A stretch of 64,000 nucleotides of DNA from Selaginella moellendorffii (lineage: Eukaryota; Plantae; Lycopodiophyta). The stretch's first letter is position 1. The number at the start of each line of letters is the position of its first letter. Below are positions 48,574 through 61,263 of this stretch, in pieces. The notes under the pieces are model-generated. The model saw only the letters and a list, made by a program, of their open reading frames with translations, ran no database searches and was not told where the DNA came from. The translations under genes and the position numbers were made by a program. The stretch spans positions 1,933,013 to 1,997,012 of the forward strand of contig NW_003314285.1 in assembly GCF_000143415.4 (NCBI RefSeq). Reading direction: 5' to 3'.

Positions 48574-50139
48574 GTATAGAGCGGTAATTCCTTTTTTTTT
48601 TTCTTGAGCTTTCCTCTGTTGTGCTGTAGAAAAGATTACCAGAGTTGAGCGGAAGTGCTGTAAGCATATGGGGACAGTCGTTGGTGCCTCGAGTTGGCAC
48701 GCATGTTTGAGGATGCCTCTACAGCAGGAGTCTGTCTCGCTTGAGCTAGCATTGCCTGTGGGCTAATTTATGGTTGTTTACTCCATAAACCAAACGCTTA
48801 ATTGATGACGTGGCAGAGCTCTTGTTTGTGCAGAAAAACATGAGCAAACACAAAAATTTGAAACGTGTCTAGATTTTTCAATTATATTTGTGGAGTGTCC
48901 CAAATTAACACTATATCGTGAAAAAAAAAAAGTAAGAATAAATTCATAATTTGAAATACACCTCTCAAAAGTTAGAACTTAAATAGTGGACAACTTGATA
49001 ATGATATTGATGGATAACAAAGTGAAAAATTTATTCTTAAAGTGATACAAAGCAAGAACTAGACCAAGTATCTAAATTAATATTCATTCATTCATTTATT
49101 TTTTTTATATATTTTATCTTTTTTAATAAACATATAGATGTCATCCTAAAAGAGGTTATTATTTGATAAGTAACAAATGAAATCTGTCCAAGAACTATAA
49201 AAATCAAACTGATACTGATGACAATGACCATAAGGATCAGTTTGTTAAAAAAAATGTGTTCATAATATTGAAGGTAAAATCACTTTTAGAACTGTTTTTC
49301 CACAAAATCTAATCAATACTTATCATCTGCAGCTATGATGCTGTCTGGAGACATTTCAGCTGAAACATCACCCAGTAATATTCATGAAGAAATAGTTGGG
49401 AATCTTGAGCACACACTTGACACTTTACACTTCAAAAATGCCAAAGAACATGGTAGCCATGATTTAGAAACAAGTTCCACTCCAACTCTTCTCGCCAAAG
49501 AAACATTTCAATTTATGACAACAAATGAAGAAAAGAAGGATAAGAGCCAAGGTAAACCATTCTAATTGATTTTTAAAGTGAATTACTCTGATTTTTAAAA
49601 AATCCTTATGTAGTCCTGGAAGTAGAACATATTCAAACATAGGGAAGATGTAGAGCATGGTATATTCTAAATAATAATCTCAAACGTTTTACTTTTGGAT
49701 TTATATGATATCACTTTATACTTCTCTTGATGAATCCAGCTCCGCTGGAATAGATAGGAAATCTGTTACATCGGTGACACAAATCCTAGAGAATTTCTTT
49801 GTACACAATGTTGTTCACCATGATAAATAAAATATAAGAGAAACCTTTTATATTCCACTAATGGAAAAGTTGATATGCATGCAAAAGGTAAAAATTCTGA
49901 TATACTTATGATAATAAATTTAATATTAGCTGAACACATATATAGAAAAAAAAAGCGCAGGACAAGCTGAGCATATTCAGCTATGTATGGTATAATGATT
50001 ATATGAATTTTATTAACTAATAAAATTATAGAAGATATCTTATCATCTAAGATCCAGTTTAATGAGAAACAACTACAATAAGTATGATATGAATGTAACT
50101 ATTACAAGTACTTTTATATCCATTGATAACAAATACTAC

Positions 50140-51210
50140 AAGAGATGCCTTGTTATCTGAAGTCCAATTGATACCTCCTTCAAAAGAACGTATAACATTT
50201 ACAATTTTATTAATATCTTTATACCCATGTTTAAATAATTTGTTATGTGTTCCATGCAACAACATTTGGTTTGCTTAATAATAGTGTTATTCCTATTCAT
50301 TAATCTAATTGATCAAATGGAAGTTTAATATTATAAATATATTTATATTTTATAAACACAAGGTTAATTTTATTGAATATCAACCATTAAATAGTAGAAT
50401 AAACTATAATATACTAGAAAGTGTTTAGGAAAGTTTATAAATTATAAATTGAATATTAATCTAAATGAATAACAACCATTAAATGTTAGAATATCCTAGA
50501 ATATTCAGATATATTTTAGGTATTTCTACTACCACTCCACTCCCCTATATATTTGCTTAAGCAAACCAAAAATATTATAACAGGTTCTTTATTATTTGAA
50601 GTTGACCCTGTTGTAAAGTTGGTACCTCCTTTGGAAGAAGGTATAAATTTAAAATTTTATTAATATATTTATACTCATTTTAAAAAAATTTTATAGGAAA
50701 CACTTTATTATCTAAAGCCTAACTCATTGAAAAATTTGCACCTCCTTCTAAAAAAGGTATAATATTAAGAATTCCATTACCCATTTTAAAAAATATTATA
50801 GAAGATATTTTGTTATCTAAAGTCCAACCTATTGTAAAGCTAGTACTTCCTTTAGAAGAAGGTATAAGATTAAAAACTTCATTAATATCTTTTTACCCAT
50901 GTTTAAAGAATATTACAAGAGATGTCTTGTTCCCTGAAGTCCAACCCATTGAAAAGCTAAGATCTCTATTTGTAACTTTGAAATTTTTAACACTTATATA
51001 CTCACATTTACAAATTATTATAAAATATGTTGTGTTCTATGAAGTCAAACCTCATGTTGATAAGCCAATACCTCAAATTGAAGAAGGTATATAATTTAAT
51101 TTTTTTCTTGATATTTCTGATAACATTAATATATTTCAAGAGATAGTACATTAATTACATGATAAGTTATCTAATGAAGAGCATGTAGCTCAGATTGAGC
51201 AAGGTATAAA
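50140..51210 (+). repeat. Tandem ~115 bp exon-intron-like units of a decayed gene
   Basis: Repeated TTATCT(G/A)AAGTCCAACC...CCTCCT...GAAGAAG|GTATAA followed by AT-rich spacers. Confidence 0.65.
50241..50570. mobile_element. Small AT-rich non-autonomous element with 14-bp inverted repeats (second copy ~58657-58900)
   Basis: TTTGGTTTGCTTAA (50265-50278) / TTAAGCAAACCAAA (50557-50570); interrupts a tandem unit; body matches 58657-58900. Confidence 0.7.
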
Positions 51211-51899
51211 GTAATTACAATCTCAAATAGTTTTCAATACACAAACATTATAATCTTCTGTTTTTTTTTTCTAATACTCATAATGACCACACTTTGCAAA
51301 AAAATGTATCTATAGGAGATAACCTGTTATCTAATCAGTTCATAAGTCATCTAAAGTCATATTATTGTTATTTTCTTTTGATGATAACAATTGATTCCTT
51401 TTTAGGAATTGTAGATCCAAGTTTCATTTATAAGGTCATTTTGCTCATGATCATGTATAGAGCACAAATAAGAATGAAGAACTAATAGAAGAACAAGGCA
51501 ACAGACAAAGGTATTGATAACGATACTTTAATTAGTACCTTGATTCTTCTTTGCTTTCTGTTGGTTGTATTGGCAATTTTGAGGTAAACACATCTGATGC
51601 AAAATTAAGCTCAACACTTCTGCAACATAATAATAATAAAATATTAACTAAACCTGCTCTAAAACGGTTAATAATTTTTAAAAAAAACTTAACAAGCCAT
51701 TTGTCTAAACTAAGTACAACCAATTTATTAAAATGATAATTCATGTCAAATTCCATATTTAAATCCTCCTTGAATGAAAATAAATGGTTAAAAAATAATA
51801 CAAATCAATTTTGATGGATTTGTTTTATATTGATTTAAAATATGTATTTGAAAAGAAAACCTAGTAAGAAACCAGATTGGTTTAGCCACCTAATGAGGC

Positions 51900-52400
51900 A
51901 CCCTATGTTCATGGCCAACACTCTAATCAACATCTTTGCAAAGTGTTGCAACATGGAAGAAAAGTTTTTACTAGATGAAGCTTAGAGATGTGGTATTATA
52001 AAATGTCCTGATGCTCATCTTAGTTGAGAGAGACCAAAGCAAGCTAGCTCTACCTCTTTAAGAAAATGAAGTTATAAGCTTAGTGTAATGCTCACTCTGA
52101 ACTCTCAAAGCTTGTAAAAGTATTAGGGCACAAAGACATTGAGGAGTATGGTTGGAAGAAGTATCTGTTTATTATTGTTCATCAACTCAATTATGTATGA
52201 AACATGGAAGCTAAGGACACTTATGCATTTTTAAAAAAACTGGAGGCCATGTTTTGTGGTGGTTTAGTACAGATTTTTTTATATAATGAGAGCAATAACA
52301 ATATTGTTTTAAGAAAGTTTGTTAAGGAATATATTTTATCTTGCAAAAATCCATTGCATAGATCTTATTCTTGGGATGCCATGGTTGGCAAAAGTTAATT
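51900..52400 (+). pseudogene. Decayed PPR gene fragment
   Basis: FMANTLINIFAKCCNMEE and SYSWDAMVG resemble PLS-PPR motifs; many stops. Confidence 0.45.
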
Positions 52401-53566
52401 TGGAAATAAAGTGGAGTATTAAGTGTGTCTCGCTAGAATACAATAGTGTTAAAAATGTGTGGTTTGGAAAAGGAGTTTAGCTTTTAATTGTTATGTTCTA
52501 CACTATATCTTTAAAGTAAGTTTGTTATAATAAGAAGCCACTTTCAAATTATTTGTTTGTTTGTTCATGACTTGGAGGACAAAGGCATATATGAGGGAGA
52601 GGTAACAATGCAAATTGCATTCGAGAAGAGAATAGAGAAAAAGAGATTTTTTTCTAAACCTTGGAAGAGATACAAATGGCAACATGAGACCTTTTAATAC
52701 TTGGTCAGGGATGGAAGATGTGTTCATCGCTTTCTCAAGCTTGATTCTTTAAACAATGTCAAGTGTTATAGAAACAATAGAGCTCTACTTGGTGGTCTGT
52801 CAACCCAGTTTAATGGAAGAACTTCTTATTGTGTCAGCCTAGTAATAAGAATCCGGGTTGACCATTTCTGGAAGAACTTCTGGAAGATCACCCAGATCTC
52901 ATTTCTGGAAGATCCCAAACATGTCCTGCATAAATGGTCCCTACACTTCCCGAACATGCTTTATGACATGGTGTCTAGAATGATCTTAACTATCTTTTGT
53001 GGCTGCACTTGAACATTCTTTATATCCTCTAAAATCTTCAGCAAGTCAGCAACCAATGACAAGCAGTCCAACCCCTTGGTTTTAACTATAATCTGATTTT
53101 TTATGTCTGTTGTCATCCATTCTTTCCAATGTTGAATGCCTCCCTGAGATTGCACCACAATACAAGTGTAAGAAAAGAGATGATACAACAAGAGAATCTA
53201 TTCTGGTTGAGTTGGATTCTTCCCTTCATACTGCACACCATAGAAAAAATCAAAAAAGACATTAAGGTGTTAACAAAAACCTATTCTTCTGGATTTATTG
53301 GATTCTCAAGAACAGATGTCAACTTAGACTACACCATAACACAAGAGTCAGAAAAGAACGCAAGGAGAACCTGTTCTTGTTGAGCTGCCCCCTTCATTCT
53401 GCCTACCCACTCTTGTTATTGGGCCTCCACCATGCCACACAGAAAGAATCAAAAAAGAGATGATACCAAAGTGCAAGTGCCTACACAAACCTGATTCTCC
53501 CAATCTAGCCTCTTCCGAATCTCATCCACCTTAGACCCCAGCTGCTGCACAGCCTTTTGAGCCTCC

Positions 53567-55647
53567 TTACATGAAATAACCGCATTCCAAACACGCTCCG
53601 GTGCCACCATCTCCACTTTTGTTCACATTCCCAGAACCAGCACTAAGGTTCATAGATAAACTCAGATACAGTGACTCGTCCACACGTCTGAAGCCTGAAA
53701 ACTGTGGAGAGTTTTCTGCAAGATCAATCAGCCCAGATGACCTGTTCGTATCTTTTGCCTGAATGAAGAGTGTGCTCACGTTCAGCCTGTCCTTCATATC
53801 TCCCAAATGAATAGGCACTAGGAAGGCCACACCCCATGCACCACAGTAGCATACTATCCCACAAAGACTTTTAAAGGCCTCAAGGAGATCAAACGAGTCT
53901 ATCTTGTCTTTATAGATCTTGCGGAAGCAGTTGATACTTATCTTGCCTTATGCAACAGCTCGCACCTTTTCCTGGTGAGGCATCTTATTCTGCTGCACAA
54001 GCTTGCTGAGTGGCATTTTCACCAATTGAGAGAAAAACTTGTTCACTGTACTGCCTTGTCTACTCCTGTTCACCTTTGTCTACAAAACCCCCAGACAACA
54101 TTGTTTGAAGAGGCTTAAACAGAAGCTTGTAGCCATCTGGGCTCTCCTTGACCTGTTGGAGACACACAATTGTAGTGTCAGAAAGAAGTAACTTTAACTA
54201 CCTATGTAATAAATAATTGGGCTCCACAGTTTGCCATGTATTCTAATGTTATTTCTGTAATGCAATTAATTCACAATTAAATCCTTCACAATTTTATACG
54301 GGTGATATCTCTAATCTATCAAAGTCAGCTTATACTGCATCTGTAGCACTAGCCATCAGTAAGGATCCCTGCAAAGATCCTTGGCAAGGTTGCTCAGGTA
54401 GAGAGACCACCAAAACGGTCAGCCATACTTGAGCATCCAGTCGTTACTAACCACCTCCTCAAAACAATTCAACTCCGCACAGAAGGATTGCACCACTTCG
54501 GTTCCTAAGAAATTGGCAACCCTGGCTCTAGTGTCCACTAAGAGAGTTAAACATGTTCCACCTAACACTCGTGTTGATCTTCGAAGTGGGATGTACACGT
54601 TTTTTTCCCGTCCATCATCGGAAGGTAACAGCGACCGGGCTTCATCGAAGACGAACAACAGCTTCAACGGTTGGCCTGTCATCTCCCCACGAATTCCCAA
54701 AGCAGGGACCTTACGAATATGCTCGTTGAAGATTTCAGTGGCTGAAATCTCCCAGCTCATCCATGGTTCTGACTGTAGTAGTAGCCTCTATCTTCTCGAG
54801 AGACTTAAGTTCCTGTTCAAGTTCTTTTATCCGCTTCTCCACTCCCGGCCAAAAGCCCTTTCCACTAGATATCGTCATCATGTCTGAAAACCTGTGGCGT
54901 CCACGGCTCCTCTGTACCCAGCTCCTCAATGCATGCGATCCAATAGGCCAGATAGTAGGTCATGCATTTGAGATGGCCTGCGTGATCTCCATTTCCCAGT
55001 GCATTCCTTGCACAGTCGCGGAAAGTGCTACTAAATGTTGAAGGCTGAGGATAACAGGTGCCAGAACCCAGCGACAAGTAAATGACCCAAACCTGTTTCC
55101 GATGCAACTCTCGAACCACCCTCGACTTACCCCAGCCGCTGGACTGGAAGAGACCAACGACACGTGAAAAATCATTCTCCTCCTTGATCTTGTTCAGGGC
55201 GTCGTAAAGCGAGTCTACTCCACTGCCCTGATACTCCATGTCAAATGCTCGACCTGTAGCAGCAGTAAACATAAACATTCATGCAAACTGACGCACTTAC
55301 TTGCCGTCGTTAACCGTATGGCATGTTGTGGACGGAAGTCCTTGTACTGCTCCTCCTCCTCCGGTGTCAGCTTGTACCAGCAAGCTTCATGGATATTATC
55401 AAGCCATGCCACGCCGTTCAGCTTCTCGTGGATGGACTCCCAAGATTCGAAAAGAAGCGTTGGGTACTTCTCCAACACCATTCTCACTTTTTGATTCCCG
55501 AGCCTTGTTGTCTACTTGTTGCAGCGCCTGTTCAAGTACATACTGTGGGCCGAGGCCTTTGTGATCCTCTTGCTGCTCTGGCGACAACTTGTCCCAATTC
55601 TCAAACAGCTCATCCAGATATATCAGCATCGAAATCTTGAAAATCAC
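53567..55647 (-). pseudogene. Crinkler-like P-loop NTPase + restriction-endonuclease-fold gene, broken
   Basis: Walker A QSSGWGKSR, VIYLSLG..TCYP, Walker B LLFVFDEARSLL, LLVDT...ANF, and C-terminal GIVC..GAWGVAFLVP...LFIQAKD...LYLSLSMNL. Confidence 0.7.
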
Positions 55648-55779
55648 CGAACAGGTCCTCCTTGCAGAAGTACCAAATACGAAGATTGTCTACTAACTTT
55701 GCAAACTAATCTGTCCGAGAGCTGGTGCATAATGATCTTTGACAAGACTGAGCTGAACGGCCAACCCTTGCATAAGGCC

Positions 55780-56310
55780 CTTATCGATCGAACCCCATAC
55801 AGGGTTCAGCTGGAGGAGGAGCAAAGGCTTGCAGTATCGCGTGGGGCCCCATGCCATCCCAGTGAATATGTTGGCCGTCAGATTGTAGGGTTATCACGTG
55901 AGGCCTCATGCCATTCCGACGAGGCTGGTCGCCCGGTGAATGCACAGCCTCATCCAAACGAAGCAGAATCTCAAGGAAGTTCTTGCGGCCGATGTGGCCT
56001 TCCACCCCATCTTCTGCTCCAAACAAACAATGCTGGCAGTGAGAACAAAAACATGTACGTCTTCGCGTACTTGGCGATGCTTGTTGCCAAAGGCATATTT
56101 GAAACGGTTACACTTGGCTTTCTCATGGTTGGGCACACTCATGAAGACGTCGATGCCATGTTCAGTCACCTGGCAGAGTCCCTCCGGCGATCCAATGTCC
56201 TCACCCTCCCATAACTCTACGATGAATTCCAAAATTGCATCAAAGGCACTGTTGAAGCTGCACTTGTGACAGAGGTTCCAGACTTTAAGGGGTCTCTTGA
56301 CTCTCAAACT
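55780..56310 (+). mobile_element. Transposase-like fragment (DUF7869 / Sola1-like RNase H-fold motifs)
   Basis: LLLQTNNAGSENKN (cf. QxDNxxxENKN) and FLMVGHTHEDVDAMFS; stop at 56212-56214. Confidence 0.65.
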
Positions 56311-56340
56311 TGAAAGATGCCGCCTTCTCTACTAGACGTT

Positions 56341-56573
56341 CTAACCATCATGCCTGTATCCTTGAGGGCAGACGTTTGCGCTTGCAGGAACCAAGCCCCA
56401 AAGCATTGCAGGAGTCTTTGATGCGAGAAGAGACGACGCGATCGGATCACCAATGGTTCCAATGAACGTGTTTGGCTTGTCTTTGGTGAGGCCGGGAGTC
56501 AGTGGCAAGTCTTGCGCATTGCAAATGTTGGAGATCATAGCAAGAACAAGAAAAAACAGTGAGGCTCTTTCAT
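56341..56573 (-). pseudogene. 5' fragment of a paralogue of the Hog/Hint precursor (exon 1), frameshifted signal peptide
   Basis: ISNICNAQD...TKDKPNTFIGTIGDPIASSLLASKTPAMLWGLVPASA vs ISSVCNAQD...TKGKPNTFIGTTGDQIATSLLASKTPALLWGSVPASA at 7440-7600. Confidence 0.88.
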
Positions 56574-58656
56574 TAAATTTCTTTTTCCAACTCTGAGCTT
56601 GTTTATCCTTATAAATGCTGTAAGTCCTTTCACAGTAGGCTTATCGAAAATAATAAAATTAATAAAGCTTATAAAAAGAGAGGAAAGAGCTAAGAATATA
56701 ACAAAAGAAAGTGAGATATACTTGAACATCTCGACTCTAGCTCCCGCTTATGAGAGAAGGCCTTTAAATCGATCTTTTCCATTTAAAGTTGAGGTATTGA
56801 TGTGTGACTGCAAGAAAAATTCAAGGTTTCATCCAGACACAAAGCTTTCGTGGTTGATTTAATTGACTACTATATTCGTTTCTTAGTATATTTCGAAAGT
56901 TTCTTAGTATATTCGAAATTTGTAAAACCCGCAAGAAGTTGCTGCCAATTGGCCCAGCTTCCCCAACACCTTCCAGTGAGCAGGTGCAACTTGTGGATTG
57001 CAATCGCTGGATGGAGCGCCTTGAAATTGCAGTGCCAAATTGGGGACATCCATCCATTTATAGAACGCAAGGTATGAAGAACAATAGTGTGGGGGATTAC
57101 TTGGTATGCTGCAGGAAGGTATATGCAGTGAGATCCAGGACAATTGTTGTGGACCAATTACTGTCCACTGAAATCAATAATATGGCATTTGAAAGCATAT
57201 TAGGAATAACTTTGAAAATAATTAAAACAAAGAAGTATACCTGAGTTATGTTTTTATTAAAAAAATAGATAAAGATAAAATTGATTTTAACTATTTAACA
57301 ATTGCTAAGGCATCTTCTTGGTGTCATATATTATGATAGTCATTCATAGTCTCAATAAATCCCACCTTTGACATGTATTTATTTAATTTTGAATTTATGT
57401 TGTATATGTCCAGTTTTACTAGAAACATATGTCAATATTGCAAAGATAATGAATGTGGCAAAGTTGTGGTTTGCAAGGTAGTGGAACTGAATTGTCCTTG
57501 CTGATCAGCTTGAAAATAAATATATAGAAAGAAAGCAATATAGTATAAGTTTTTGAATGAGCACTTCAATGCCATTTCAATGTTGTCAAGCCACCATATA
57601 TCCTATATGAGTAGAAAAATAATAAAAGCAACATAAATTTAATATAAATGAAGCCACCACTCATGGAACTTAAAAATATCATTTTGGAAAGGAATTAAGG
57701 GCCAACCAATAAAGTGGCAATGGTAAGATACTAGAGAAGGGATTTAAATGCATGCCCTTGTAAAACTTGAGTCAACCTACTTAGACCACTTAACTATCAT
57801 CTATTTCATAATTAATTTTTCTATGAACTTGGAGTCTAGAGATTGGTTATCAACCACTTAGCAATGCATATTAGAGCTTACATAAAGGCACTATTGACAG
57901 TAAAAAAACATTCTTCTTAAGAACCCTAAAAAAATGTTTTGATTAAAGTAATAGTAATATAAATGTAGTTGTCAAAATGTTTAAACTTGTTTCTTTTGAT
58001 TCATATTTGAATTTATTTTAATGAATTACATGAAAATCAAAATATAATAGTTGTAAAAGTAGTTCATAGTAAAACAATATAACTTTAGAAAAGATAGGTC
58101 TTTATGAACTTTGTCTTTTCTAAATAACTCAATTTAATAAAACTTTTGACTCAAGTACTTACATATTTCAATATTTTAAAGTTTATTAAAACTTTCATTT
58201 TTCAATTTAGATTTTTTTTATAAGACTTATGGTTAACTATATTGACTTGAGTTATCTTGTGCTATGTTGAGTTTAACTTATGAACTCAACTCAGCTTTGG
58301 ACCATTCCCTAAAAAAAAAAAAAGGAATTTTTTATACAACACTTGAAAGAAATAAGAATATAACAAAAAAAAGTGAGATATGCTTGAAGATCTCAACTTT
58401 GTAGCTCTGTAGCTCTTGCTTATGAGAGAAGGCTTTCAAATTGATCAATCTTGTCCATTTAAAGTATGAGCACATATGTGATGGCAAGAAAAATTCAAGG
58501 TTTCATCTAGACACAAGTTTTCATGGTTGATTTATATTATTTAGGAATAACTTTGAAAATAATAGCTGAGGTTTGTTATTATTAAAATTAATAAGTATAA
58601 AATTTAATCCTGAGTTATATTTTTATCAAAAGACAATTGCAATAAAAATAAAAGTT

Positions 58657-58900
58657 TGCTATGCGTTATATGTAACAACACCTAGTTTGCTCAATAGTGG
58701 AAGTTTATCATTATAAACATGTTTATATTTTATAAACACAAGATTAATCTTATTGAATATCAACCATTGGATAGTAAAATAAACTAGAATATACTAGGAA
58801 GTGTTTAAGAAAGTTTATAAATTATAAATACGTGATTAATCTGAATGAATAGAATAGCTAAGGATATTCTTGGTATATCCACTACCACAAGCAAACCAAA
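58657..58900. mobile_element. Second copy of the 50241-50570 element
   Basis: Shared TTTATATTTTATAAACACAAG...TATTGAATATCAACCATT...GAAAGTTTATAAATTATAAAT and terminal AAGCAAACCAAA. Confidence 0.7.
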
Positions 58901-58999
58901 AATAAAACTAACTGTATTTAACAATTGCTAGCTGAGAAAGGAAAAGCAAAGACTGTGTGATACGGTAGTGTAAGACTTCGCATGATGTAGTAATTATAA

Positions 59000-60900
59000 T
59001 AACTGGTCAATTCAACCATAATTTCACTTGAACATGAATAAAAAAAGAGTAATTTATAACACTAATCACAGCATGGGAGGTGGACTTGCATATTGCAGAA
59101 GCAGTGGGCATTAGAATAGATCTAGGGGATTCTTGAATCCCAAAAAGAAGATATCTCTTTTTCATGGATGTGGCATCCATGCAAGGTCCACCTTTTGTAA
59201 GACAATTTGGGCCAACCAAGGAAAGATGGAAAGATACAAGGATGTCAATGATGTTTGAGGAAGGATGCAGCGGCATTTAAATTTCTAGCTTCCTCACCAC
59301 GGGCCATTGTTTTTCTTGGAAGTCGTGACTTTGGATTTTAGATTCAGAGTGCAGAGAATACATACTCAATTTTGAAATTTCAGAACCTTAGTTCAAATTT
59401 ATAAAAAATGGCTAGGGAGGCTTAGTGTATGCTTAGAAGGCCAAGTGAAGTCCCTGCCATGGATCTTGGCTTCCATCAAGAGATATCTCTTTCATGGTCG
59501 GCTTGAAAGCTTGAGAAAGACCTCTGATTCTTTCTACTTCTGTCCCATTCCCATTCTGAGAAGTCATTTACTCTAGACTGGATGATCAGCTGTAGAATTC
59601 GAGTGGCAACAAGTACTAACAGCAGTGGCAGCATTGAAGAATTAAGAGTTATCTATGATATTTGGCTACCTCGTGGACGAGATACAAATGGCAGCATGAG
59701 AGGAACTTTCTCAATAAGTTCTTGGGAAGACATATGCATGGCTTTTTCAAGCTCGATTCTTGGAGCAATGTCCTCGCAGTAGAAGGAATTGAAGGTGCTA
59801 GAGAAACATGAGATGGCCTGTCAAGCTGGTTCGTCCCGATTGTTCCATTCATATCAACATGAACCCAAGCTTGTCAAGCTTTAGCATTCATCAAAAGTTC
59901 TAGGCCAGATCCTTCTTTTTGGAATACTAACTCTTTGAAGTATGCTTACATGAGAGTTGAGGATGCTGAAGCTCCATTCCACGTTCAGGATGCCATAATC
60001 TCTCTTAAATGCTTCTAGTCCAGCTTCATCGTCTTCTGCGATCCATCATGTATCCACGACTCATCATGTCTTGTTGATCTGGATTGGAGAGCGAGCATTA
60101 CAGATGACAACAAAGGTTATCACGGCTGGAAAAAAGGCATAGGACAACAAGGCAGTTGATCCACTGCAGGCCCCCATGGCCCCTTGCTTGGGAGCCCCAT
60201 CAATTGTCCGCTCCAAAGTATGTGATCATCATGCTGCCCCAGTTAAATTTGTGAGAGGTCATATGTTAGATGATGAACAAATCTTCATGAATCTGACTCA
60301 ACTTCATCTGGGGTTCTCATTGCCACACGTACTTAATGCATAGACACAAATGAGACTTTTCAACAACTAAAACCATCTCCTCAGGTTGTAGCTCAAGTGC
60401 TCGGTCCGACCACTTCTACATCTGATGGCAGCATGGGGACAGCTTTCCACCGTATTCTCTCCTCAATGATCTCAGGTCCCTGAATCAACGATTTCCATAG
60501 CTTAGCTTCTCCAGATTGCTCCCTAACTGCTGGACAAATTTTCAACATCTGCTCTTGAAAAGCAATTACTGCAAAACTATTTCAAACAAGCTGGAATTTA
60601 GTTATACACGAACAATGAATCCAAGTGCTTTCTAATGCTCTCTTGTGGTTAATGGTAAAGCCATTCCCAATGCCATTACGTTTGCCAACAATTAAAGTTT
60701 GATGTTTCCAACAAAACCTCCATAATCTTGAAAACCTTCACTCAACATCAAGTCAAGGACTCAACGATGTGATCGTTGATGTCCAGGGATGCTCAAATTT
60801 TTAGTGGTTGAGTTCCTAGGGGGAGGTTGGAATGAAACTCAGCCATATTCTCTACTCTTGGAAATGGTTAGATAGAGTCTCAGCTCACACGTACTAGGAT
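59000..60900 (-). mobile_element. Heavily decayed L1-type LINE relic (tentative)
   Basis: Scattered minus-strand words in RT order (LSNPDQ, NVEWSF, MNGTIG) and a possible C-terminal zinc-knuckle remnant; no long ORF. Confidence 0.45.
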
Positions 60901-61263
60901 TATAGTCAGATGCACATTTCAGTAGATAGTACTTTGGATTCTTATAAACTATTTTGTGATGGTGTGTATTCATGACTTCTTAATTGGAGCAGTTTTACTA
61001 TGTCTTTATTATCTGTTATGGAGCCCACTTCTTCCAACAAGGTCAAATATCACACTATAATCTTTACTACTCAACAGGCTCATAGTCATCATCAGTGTGT
61101 AACAAAGTATTTTTAGTGTACTGGAAAAAATCCTTGAATACTTAAAATGAATAGGATATATTTTTTTTGTACCGGCATAATCCTTAAAAGAGGAAATCTC
61201 ATTCGGATAAATTCCTTAATATATGAAAACTATAAGGAAGTTAAACATCTACAAACCGTCACT

